A stretch of DNA of 62,437 nt, counting the filler, from Sphacelaria rigidula (taxonomy: Eukaryota), in the NCBI GenBank assembly GCA_964200075.2. It is 7 parts of 7 records of this genome, joined end to end, with 100 filler letters (N's around TTAATTAATTAA, not from the genome) between each part and the next. Parts side by side here need not be neighbours in the genome. Positions count along the whole stretch, not along the records: positions 17,869 to 26,702 come from CAXNAA020009988.1; positions 26,803 to 35,636 come from CAXNAA020009989.1; 5 more parts are not named here. One strand, 5' to 3'. Position 1 is the first letter of the stretch, and each line of letters starts with the position of its first letter. The translations under genes were made by a program, and so were the position numbers. The notes under the pieces are model-generated. The model did not search any database. It worked only from the letters and a program-made list of their open reading frames with translations, and had not been told where the DNA came from. Shown piece after piece: positions 24,030 to 33,893 of the stretch.

Positions 24030-24760
24030 CGTTATTTGCGAGGGCGACAATTCAGGAGCCGATCTTGACATCACTTTACGAGTAGCCCGCAACAACCCCA
24101 ACCTCGACGCTGCCTCTTAAACCTGCTATCTACCGAGGCGAAGATGTAGCAGACGCTCAGCCAGCTGCTGGACTAACCGGCAGCCGGGCGAAGACTCGTC
24201 ACCGTCGAGGGTTACAGTGGTGACAACTCCGATTGTCGAGAAAGGACATACCCCTGCCCGACCGCCGTGGTTCGCGCAACCGCAATGGGGAAGACAAGAT
24301 ATTAAGCAGCTCAACAGTGACGACGATGGCGATGACGAAGGGGTCAACATTCACACGTGTGCACATTGCGACGCTTGCGATAAGCGTGCAATGCGCCCAC
24401 GTGCGAACGCTGACCCCTTCGCCGTCGTCATCGCCGTCACAGTTCTGTTGGTCAATATCTTGTTTTCCCCATTGCAGTTGGACAATCCGCGGCGGTTGGT
24501 GCTGGTGCCCTCGGGCGCTCGAGGGCGGCGGGTGTACCGGGCAGCGGGGTGGCCTTCGGTGCGAAACAGAGCGATCATCGATGTTACCCTCCATAGTGGC
24601 AGGTCTCCGCTCGAGGCCGGCCGGGAGTCCAGCAGCTGGTTGAGGGTATGCTGCACCTTCGCCATGGTAGACTACAGGTTCTGGCAGGCTGGGTCAAGGT
24701 TGGGCTTGTTACGGGCTGGAGAGGTGTCGAAATCGGTTCCTGAAAAACAGACAAATAGCA
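24030..24760. repeat. ~730-bp imperfect foldback flanked by ~45-bp direct repeats; possibly the internal region of a non-autonomous LTR (LARD-like) element or a hairpin-RNA locus
   Basis: Arms pair from the loop at ~24377-24381 outward, e.g. caaccgcaatggggaagacaagatatt with aatatcttgttttccccattgcagttg, and cagctgctggact with agtccagcagctg. Direct repeat gagggctc(g/a)t(a/g)accct(c/a)cggc(g/a)gtttccta...gtgtacaaccc at ~23840 and ~24782. Confidence 0.8.
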
Positions 24761-25094
24761 CTTCACTCCCCGTTGAGTGAAGAGGGCTCATGACCCTACG
24801 GCAGTTTCCTACCGTGTACAACCCATGTGCGAATTGACAAGAAAACCAACTGTGGTCAACCATAAAATTCATCAACCGCTTCGCATAAACGTACGTCACA
24901 AAATCATACTACTGCGTGAAGCTTAGAGCACAATCCTCGCCTTCAACGATGGCTGCCAGCATGCATTACCTTCCTTGCAGAGTTCAAGTATACGCTGGGC
25001 AGTATGGCGTGAGTTTTGGGCGATAGCGTATCACATGTCGGAGTGAAGAATGACCATGCAGTTACTGTACAGTTTTCTTACCTTGACGTGAAAT

Positions 25095-25900
25095 TCACCC
25101 AAAAAGACATCTCCATACCAAAACCAAGTAGCTAGGAGTTGCACATTTCAAACCCACGTCCTCCACAAAGGCGCAGACCTTCACGCCGTTATAAGGAGTT
25201 AGACCCTGAAATATTGCACAAATATAATAGGTGTCATTACGCAACTTTGTATGAACGAAATTTTCCCACTTCTTGAGGTTTTCATCGTTTTTCGGGGGTC
25301 CGACGGGATCCAAGTCGTTCTTCGAAGTATTCTCCATTCGGGGACCCCAGAAAACCGGCACTACGTTTCTTTCCTTCCCCCTTTTTTCGTGAACGAGCTG
25401 TCGCCGCATAACCCAAGGAAGAGCCTCACAAAATTTCGTCGCAGAATTCGATCAGCTGATGCTTGAGTTTTCATTTTCACGTCAAAGAAGGCCCAAAAAC
25501 GCCGTTTTCGTGCCAAAATCAAGTAGTTTGCGGTTTCACCGCGGCACGTCAAAGTTCATCGCACAAAAGCGAGAAACCTCACGCCGTTTCAAGGAATTAG
25601 ACCCTGAAATTTTGCACAACTGTCCTATGGATCATAACGCAACTTCGGAGGAATGAATTTTCTTTAGTTTTCTTTTCTTTTCCGCTTCACGGGGATCCGA
25701 TTGGATCGATGTTTCCCCGAAAACCTGGGACTCCCGGAAAACCGTGGAAAAAGTCAAAGAGTCGAAAATCCTCGACCTTCGAAAGTTGTGTAATGCCCCC
25801 GTAGAACATCTGTGCAAAATTTCAGAGTCTAACTACTGAAGACGGCGTGAGGTTTTGCCGATGAGTATTTTTTGGGCGATAAGCCTGAACCAGCCTGTAG
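25095..25900. mobile_element. Cluster of MITE-like inverted-repeat elements
   Basis: aaacctcacgccgtttc...agaccctgaaattttgcaca (25574-25618) pairs with tgtgcaaaatttcagagtctaact...acggcgtgaggttt (25811-25855). A third arm lies at ~25178-25220. Confidence 0.65.
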
Positions 25901-27273
25901 TGCAAAAGTGTTTATGTTGAGTCATTTTTTGGGAAATACCCGAGGTTGTCCTTCAATGGGTACGGTTTTTTGTTATGGCTGGGGTATTTTCCCGGGTATT
26001 ACCTGTTCCCGAAAGTTTTGAAACTTGTCAGAGTCAGACTTTTAAACCCCTACCCGAAAGTTCTGGGAGTCCTGCTCGCCTTTCATATCCTTACCGGGGG
26101 CACGGGTATACCCCAACAAAAATACCCGGTTGTGGGTCCGGTATTCTGTTCAACCTCCATACCCTACCCAACAAGTTCTGTAAACCTCGCATACCCCTAC
26201 ACGGGGTTACGGCATATCCTTGTACATGTACCTGATGCAGATACCAGCACAGGTATATACCCTGGGGAGGTATGGATACAAGGTCACACAGTTTGATAAC
26301 CTGAACTTGTTTTTCACCCTCCATCAACGAACCCCCTCATTCTTTCAACATCCACAAAGAATTAAAAGTTGAAAGGTTTGTACTCTGACGACTGCTGGGG
26401 TACCGTTGAGTGGAATAAAGACCGTCAGGATAAATCACCCAGACACGAGTGATGGCTCGAGTGGGGACGGTTCAACTGGCCACCGGGGGAATGAAGTAGC
26501 AACGTGCAGGTGATTGACGTTAATGGTGGTCATGTCCAAGATTGTGTTCTGTAGGGTACGAGTATTTTTTTGGGCAATGGCCTAGAAAAGGTATACCTTG
26601 TCGTTTGTTGCCTAGGAAAGGTACGAAAAACGGCCAGAATCGCGAAAACAGCCAAAAACGCCATTGCGACCGTTTTCGCTCCGGATTTTTCACGCACATC
26701 GTNNNNNNNNNNNNNNNNNNNNNNNNNNNNNNNNNNNNNNNNNNNNTTAATTAATTAANNNNNNNNNNNNNNNNNNNNNNNNNNNNNNNNNNNNNNNNNN
26801 NNCGTGGTCAATGGTCAAATGACCAAGGCAAGCAACAAATGAGTACGCCCCCCCCCTATTGTAGGATCACTCAAGAGTTGTTCCCAGCAGAAATAGACGC
26901 CAGGGTGCTGCGAAAGAACTCACAGCAAAGCAGCACCAGATAAATGAACGTTTTGCAGTACGCCTTACGTGTGCCAATCAATGGGACACGCATCGCTGTG
27001 TTTATGCCCGCTAAAACAACAAAAAATACACTTATGCGAAATGCCTTTTCCACGAAGAACTTAGTTGAACCGATAACAGTACGTCGGCGCAGGCATCATC
27101 ATGGTCACACAAGAACAGCTCCACCCTGTCGCAACGACACGCACGAAATCCGGGGCTGAGGCTGCGGATATTAGTATACCATCGAACTCTTCAGGCGAAC
27201 CGGGCGCTGAGCTACAGATCGGCGGGCAGCAAGCATGTCACCATCACCCTAACTTGCGTTCGTGTTGATGACA

Positions 27274-29343
27274 CTAGGACAGGCGGGGGGACGAAGCCGA
27301 AACTGCCAGCTCAATCTTCACGCCTTCCTCTTTCCCATGAAATACCACTGAAAAAGCATCGACGGCAGCGTCTTCTACCCGAAGGTGTTCACCAACCATC
27401 GTCGGCCTCCTGCAAATCCGCTTCTTCATTCTTTCATCGCAATTATCGCTAGAGCTACAGCCAATCGTGCTGCTCTCACTTTCATCAGAGTACGTGGCCC
27501 CGCCATCATCCCTTCGCAAACTCTGCCTGGAACACTGAAGGGGAGCAGACGCTTCCAATTTCACCCTCGTGTGCGGCCTTGTCCATAGAGGTTCCCCTTC
27601 GGCACCCTCGGCGGGCTGCGGCGGCGCGGTACCAGCAAGTTCAGAACTCACGAGCAAACCAGGACCGAACCCGACATCACCTACACCACCCTTGTGACTA
27701 GTGGAATACTTGGGTTGTCCGTCCTTGGTTGAACTTCCATCGAAGATGTCTCCATGTTGCCCTTGCCCAATTGCTCGAGATCCGGCATGTTGGCACACGT
27801 TAATCTGTTCGACGCTATCAACGCGGTACACACACCGATTCGAACAGCCTTTGTTGCCGTACTTCTTGCTCACTACACTGACCATCCCCGGCCCTGCGTG
27901 GTCGCCACAGAAGAGTCCTACCCTACTTCCCGCTGCACCGTGCGATGGTCGTTTGGAGCAGCCCTCGCTGCCGCACTTCTTGTTCGCTACATTGACCATC
28001 CCTGCCCTGGCGTGATCGGCACAGAACTCCGCCAACCAACTTCCCGCTGCACCGTACGCGGCATGTTTGGCGCAGCCCTCGTTGCCGCACTTCTTGTTCC
28101 TCACATTGACCATCTCCACCCTCGCGTGATCGGCACAGAATTCCGCTTTCCGACTGCCCGCTACACCGTACGATGGTTGTTTGGAGCAGCCCTCGTTGTT
28201 ACACTTCTTGCTCGCTACATTAACCATCCCTGCCATGGCGTGATCGGCACAGAACTCCGCCTTCCGGCTTCCCGCTACACCGTACAGTGGATATTTGGCG
28301 CAGCCCTCGTTGTTGCACTTCTTGCTCGCTACATCGATCATCCCCGGCCTAGCGTGGGTAGCACAAAACTCCGCCAACCGGCTTCCCGCTACACCATACG
28401 ATGGTTGTGTGGAGCAGCCCTGCTTGCCGCACTTCTTGCTCGTTACATTTACCATCCCCGCCCTAGCATGACTGGCACAAAACTCCGCCTTCCCACTGCC
28501 CGCTACACCGTACGATGATTTCTTGAAGCAGCTCTCGTTGCCGCACTTCCGCTTCGCTAAATAGATCATGTCCGCCCTGGCGTGATTGGCACAGAATTCT
28601 GCCTTCCTGCTTCCCGCTAAACCGTATGATGGTTGTTTGGAGCAGTCCTTGTTGCCGCACGTCTTCCTCACAACATCAATCATCCCTTCTCTGGCATGAT
28701 CGAAACAGAACTCCGCCAACCGGCTTCCCGCTATACCGTAAGATGCACGTTTGGAGCAGCTCTCACTTGCGCACTTCTTGTTCGCTACATTAACCATCCC
28801 CGGCCTCGCGTGATCGGGACAAAACTCCGCTTTCCGACTGCCCGCTACACCATACGAAGGTATCTTGGCGCAGCCCCCGTTGCCGCACTTCTTGCTCGTC
28901 ACATTAACCATCCCTGCCCTGCGGTGATGGGCACAGAACTCCCCCTTCCGGCTTCCCGCTATACCGTGAGATGCACGTTTGAAGCAGCTCTCATTTGCGC
29001 ACTTCTCGTTTGCTACATCGACCATCCCCAGCCTCGCGTGATTGGCACAGAATTCCGCCAACCGGCTTCCCGCTACACCGTACGATGGTTTTTTGGAGCA
29101 GCCCTCGTTGCCGCACTTCTTGTTCGTCACATTGACCATCTCCACCCTCACATGATCGGCACAGAATTCTGCTTTCCGACTCCCTGCTACACCGTACGAT
29201 GGGTGCTTTGGGCAGCCCTCGTTGCCGCACCCCTTCTGCTCTTTTTTCACCATCCCAACCCTGTTCGCCGGCTCTTCCACGACGTCGACGCCCGTTGCGC
29301 TATCTCGTGAAACTTTCAAGCTGCCCTCCGAGCGTTCTACCAA
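27274..29343 (-). CDS. EsV-1-7 cysteine-rich repeat protein: 12 full and 1 degenerate 38-aa C-x4-C-x16-C-x2-H repeats plus a low-complexity C-terminal tail
   Basis: Uninterrupted 689-codon ORF; the track start is TTG and the first in-frame ATG is at 29253, giving 659 aa, so an upstream exon is possible. Tandem 114-bp units with consensus KKCGNEGCSKxPSYGVAGSRKAEFCADHARAGMVNVxx match the EsV-1-7 motif of brown algae and phaeoviruses. Confidence 0.92.
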   Translation of the reverse strand: MVERSEGSLKVSRDSATGVDVVEEPANRVGMVKKEQKGCGNEGCPKHPSYGVAGSRKAEFCADHVRVEMVNVTNKKCGNEGCSKKPSYGVAGSRLAEFCANHARLGMVDVANEKCANESCFKRASHGIAGSRKGEFCAHHRRAGMVNVTSKKCGNGGCAKIPSYGVAGSRKAEFCPDHARPGMVNVANKKCASESCSKRASYGIAGSRLAEFCFDHAREGMIDVVRKTCGNKDCSKQPSYGLAGSRKAEFCANHARADMIYLAKRKCGNESCFKKSSYGVAGSGKAEFCASHARAGMVNVTSKKCGKQGCSTQPSYGVAGSRLAEFCATHARPGMIDVASKKCNNEGCAKYPLYGVAGSRKAEFCADHAMAGMVNVASKKCNNEGCSKQPSYGVAGSRKAEFCADHARVEMVNVRNKKCGNEGCAKHAAYGAAGSWLAEFCADHARAGMVNVANKKCGSEGCSKRPSHGAAGSRVGLFCGDHAGPGMVSVVSKKYGNKGCSNRCVYRVDSVEQINVCQHAGSRAIGQGQHGDIFDGSSTKDGQPKYSTSHKGGVGDVGFGPGLLVSSELAGTAPPQPAEGAEGEPLWTRPHTRVKLEASAPLQCSRQSLRRDDGGATYSDESESSTIGCSSSDNCDERMKKRICRRPTMVGEHLRVEDAAVDAFSVVFHGKEEGVKIELAVSASSPRLS

Positions 29344-31659
29344 GCTAGCATCGCCGCCATGTCGACAGAACGAAAGGCTCTAGCACTCTCAATATCGGCT
29401 GCTTCTGGCAGTCCCACTGACGAATGGCCAGAAAACAGGGGCAGGCTGTCCCTCCGGATGCTGCCTGAGAACAACCAACGGATTCAACAGCCGGGTCGAG
29501 GATTCTCAAGTGTTTGTCAAATGCGGCATACAGTACTTCGAGGGGAATAGTGAGTGCAGGATGTTCATATCTCGCGTGGGCCTCAACTATGTGATAAGCC
29601 CGGGTAGGCCTTCGCTCTGTCGAATGTTCCATTTCCACACGTAGGGCTGCCGCTTCGTAGAGAGCTTTACAAAATCTTACCTATTTCCTCCACTGAATCC
29701 GCCACTGGATTGCGCAACCCATGAAAACAAGCAACACAAACACAGGGTATCTTAGTTGGCCTATACGAGAAAATCGTAGCCCACCCTCTGTTGCCGTCAG
29801 GTGTGCCATGCAGAAAGCTTGACACAATTCAAATGCATGTGTTTCACAAATGTCTTTGCCTGAGAAAACCTCCTTCACTCAACTTTAGCTATTTGCGCCT
29901 TTAAAGCGACATGATTCAGAGGATGGTAACGTCCTCGTCGTAAGTACCACCCTGAAAATTTGTGCACTAGTACGTGCTGCCGCTGTAGTTGTGAATATTG
30001 ACACAACTGGTCGAGAACTCCGGGCCTCGAAAGGAAGGCAGATTTTTCGGCGACTGATGTCCACAAAACCTTCAATTTCCGCAACACTCACTGACATGCT
30101 TGCAACAAACGAGTACGGAAAACTATCGAATAAGCACGCGAAGCTACAATACAAAAGACACGGGATAAACAACCGGAGTTGGTTTTTCCAAGAATGAGTC
30201 GGGAGACCTTTCAAAAATGCACGGAGTCCTGATCTATCCTCGGTCAATTCTGACCCATCTTCCAAGCGACAGCTTAGGAAGATGACATACTCGAGGGAAG
30301 GCAATTGAAACGACTGGTGGCGATAATAAAAGCAACGAACGCCAGAGTTCCTACTTTTTCATGCGAGAAGCGGGAGTCAATGCCTTGCTGAATGCCAGAC
30401 CTACTCAGTACACTTAGACTCAACGTAACCAGGAGATGATGGGAAAAACCTATACAATTCGAAATGTACGATAATCAAGCTACCCAAGTTAACGTTTTGA
30501 AGGAGTAGTGAGTATCGGCGTCTACAGACTAAGGACTGTCCATTACGTGGGCACGTCGCCCAGTCACGGTATAGCTCGAGCGGTGAAGCTCATGATCGAA
30601 GACATTCACTTCGCGGTGGTTGGAAATTATAAAAAGCTCAGGTACCGCCTTAGCACCGGTACATGACAATCCCAATGAATTCTGGTCAACAGGTCATAAC
30701 GAATGCATGGCCACATCATCTACGCTCAACAAATACACGATCCTTGACGAAGCCATGATGGTCTGCGCCATTTACTTGAAGTTCCTCCATATTATGCCTC
30801 GAGGGTTGATGCTGAGTTTGCGAATAAAAATGGCTTCACATGTGCAGGGAGATACACCATATGCACCGCCCCCCGTGTGTTTCACGAAATACAACAAAAT
30901 ATGTGATTGGGACATCCTTTTGTATGTGGTCGGCGTAATCTTGGATCGTTTGGCATGGATTGGAACCGAGGTGCTGGAGAAAAAAAAAGGAGTCAGGAGC
31001 ACACGAAGGTAAAGCGAGTTTAGCACGAGCACTTTGGTCACATTAGCCCCCGAAAAAATTGCGATTTCTGCAAACGATAGGATCAAGACATGATAGCGCC
31101 TCCAAGTTATACCATCTCAGTGCACAGGACGTGTGAATATTGCTATACGAGCAAATTACACCCAGCCTCAAACACGAGACTAGGGGCGATGGTTCTGAAG
31201 CACTTAATTCAGCAGGTCGATGGACTCCGGTTCTTGTAACCTTCGCGTTTTGTTCATGATCACGTTGTACATGTGGCATTTGTTCATTTGTTCATTTGTT
31301 CCTGGTGCCGCATACGGGCTCTCCGTCATATTCGATTGTCGCACACTAAGTGATCCCCTAGTAGTGCAGGCGTGGTCACAAGATAGGCGTGCTCCAGCGA
31401 CGAAAGGTGATCATTCGCTATCAACAGTGGAAACTCGAGCGAGGGTAATGATGAAACAAATGTGATGAAAATAGGGTACACATGGAACACGTGCTACAAA
31501 CGTACTACATGTGCCGTCACGTAGACCACTCTTGAACTTACTCTCGTTCGACGATACTGAGTCTGACTGCAATCCTGTCTGATTATTTGCTCCCACGCCG
31601 ATGACATATTGTTACGTGTCTTGTTAAGAGCGACATCACCGCTGGCGTGCAATCAGTTC

Positions 31660-32960
31660 TTCAGCTATCACGCACAAGCGCTTCTCCATAGACAGGACCC
31701 TTCCGAACTCCCCTCGTCATGCTCCCAACTTGCCCTCGGACGGTACAACATTGTGAGTAGGAGCCAAACCTAGACGGGCCGCTAAGGTTTTCGATACATG
31801 TCGATACTTTGCATCGTAGACAGCACCCATTCGGGTCTTGACGTGCGCTATAGTTGGGAGTATCGAGGCCGGAACGTACGTTGGGTTCGTGTCGGCATGT
31901 GCTTGACACGAGGTTGCCCCCCAAGCAACATGTTTCAACATGTACTCCCCCGCCGGCTCTGGATACATCGACAGATCGGTATGTCGAGTCAAGACAGCAG
32001 ACAATAGTTATCGGACAACGTACGTCGAGCACAAACAATGCAAAAGGCATTGATACATTATCCCACAAAGTTCCCCTTCGGGAGGTTGGTACGGGCCTCC
32101 CGGGGGTGATGCGAGTCGAAAATAAAAGGTTAAGAGACGCTGTTGAATCTCAACGCCCAGTAGAGTTCGTGGCTGTACAAAATATCGCACGTGTTATCGG
32201 ATGGTGGCTCCGGATAGGGTTTACCGACTTGAGTAACACGGATCTGAAGGTTGTACAATTGTTGGGCGGCAATAATTTCGATATGTGTGGCATATGCGTA
32301 CGGATACGACATGAGCTGAATGTAATGTTGAACGCCAGTGTACGTTCTGTCGGGAAAACCAGCAGCCCGTATCTGTTCGAGATCAGTTCCAGCCGCGACC
32401 GAAGCTTGCAGTGTCATTCACCCAGAATATGGAATTGGATCATGAAGGTGTTCGGAAATGCGTTGGATAAGTTGCATCCCACTAATGTGTGCGCATTTGG
32501 GTAGTTGGAAGCTCGTCGGGCAATATATCGTAGCGAGCAAGCTCCGTCTATAATTTCATTGACTTATTCCCCAGTTCGTCGCGGATGTTGTTGGTAATCG
32601 TTATCATCGTTTCCGTAATTGTGGCCGCCACGGCCGCTGTCAGCGTCATCGCTGTTGGAGCCTGTGTCACCGCTGACGCCGGAACAATTGGCGTGCGACA
32701 TGTGCGGTATTCCCGAGGTGGCAGAGTGCGAAGTAGCTCTCGTGTCACGAAGACATGACAGCGGGAGGCACTTATAAATTATTAGAATGCGTGGAATATT
32801 GTTGGCATGCTCTTCTTCACTTGGGAAGCTCGCGGATATGTTCTTTCGTGCTTCGCTCTTTCTCTGCACGTGAGAGTTGCGTCTTTTTTCAAAAGTCGGC
32901 CGAACTTTCCACCGGGCCTTTTTCATCGGTCTTTTTTTCACCGGGCATGTTCTTGAAGTG
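31660..32960 (-). pseudogene. Degenerate OTU-like cysteine protease domain with flanking basic and Cys-rich segments; probable transposon (Helitron-like) remnant
   Basis: Minus strand reads IDGACSLRYIARR...PNAHTLV (DGxC box at ~32537-32548), then after a frameshift YIQLMSYPYAYATHIEIIAAQQLYNLQIRV...DILYSHELYWAL. Downstream, CLRC...E...YSQCC..RGQV resembles the Helitron N-terminal Zn motif. Confidence 0.55.
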
Positions 32961-33639
32961 CTGTCGTTTTTCGCCGCTCATGAAAGTTTGCATTTCTCCG
33001 GATAAAGGAGTGGTAGTTCTTGTCTGAAACGATTGCATATCACTGTGGCTACCGCATCACCGGGCCTTTTGCTCCAAACAGGTTGATTGCTTTTTGCGGG
33101 AAGATATTGCTGTGCCTTGTTCAACTCGCCAACAGCTCACTGCACGGTCCAAGGCAATCTTCGACTGTTTCCAACTGCTTTGCTCTCATGATTTCGTGGA
33201 ATTGGCGGCATAACCGGTGTGTTCGTGCTCCCAAATGAACGAGAAAGCGACAAAGAGAAACACGGGGGTGAAAAAAAAAATACCCCGCCGAAAGTAATCC
33301 TGTTTCAACTTTTCCGTCACCTTGCAAAGGCTTTCGTGGTTCGGGATCGACACCTCGCGAAAAAGGGGAAGTTTGAGCGAGTTTCGGTGGTCGGAACACG
33401 CGCCACAGGTGTCGGATGACACCCACACCTGAACGGCAATGTACCGCTGAGCTTTTTCAGTGTGCTGCAAAAAAAAGCGCGGGAAAAAATACCTCGCCGC
33501 CAGAGAAAACTCGGGAAAAATGGTGAAACATGTGGAATGATATGTGTACATGTGTAGTTTACACCGCGGGCCGTCGACGTAGTGCAAGAACAGTACATAT
33601 TCAGAACATACCGGAAAACGTGTCGGGGGTGTGTCGATA

Positions 33640-33893
33640 GGTTGCATCCAACACAAGATTGCACCCTTCTCGAACTCGCGAAAACAGTACAAACTCAAAT
33701 ATGCGACCTTTCGTCACCGGGAAAACGTCATTTTGAGTTCGGCGCACGAATCTGTCCCGGTGGTATACTTGAACTTAGAGTGGTTCACCGTTTTGATGGG
33801 CTGCATCATCAACAGTAACAGAAAAACAACCATATCTTGCCCAACAAAACGTCGATTGTAATCGTCACTTTTCCATCAACGGTTCCGAGAGGG
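33640..33893. mobile_element. piggyBac-like element terminus
   Basis: Ends ...ttttccatcaacggttccgagaGGG|TTAA (33894-33897). Homologous to 40572-40800 (inverted) and 56270-56345. Confidence 0.65.

Noticed and set aside
27754-29310. Long repetitive plus-strand ORFs, or a CRISPR-like array
   Set aside because: Antisense shadows of the 114-bp EsV-1-7 coding repeats. There are no unique spacers, so it is not CRISPR.
30772-31086. Kinase Gly-loop-like FVKHTGGGAYGV
   Set aside because: No VAIK, HRD or DFG motifs found downstream.
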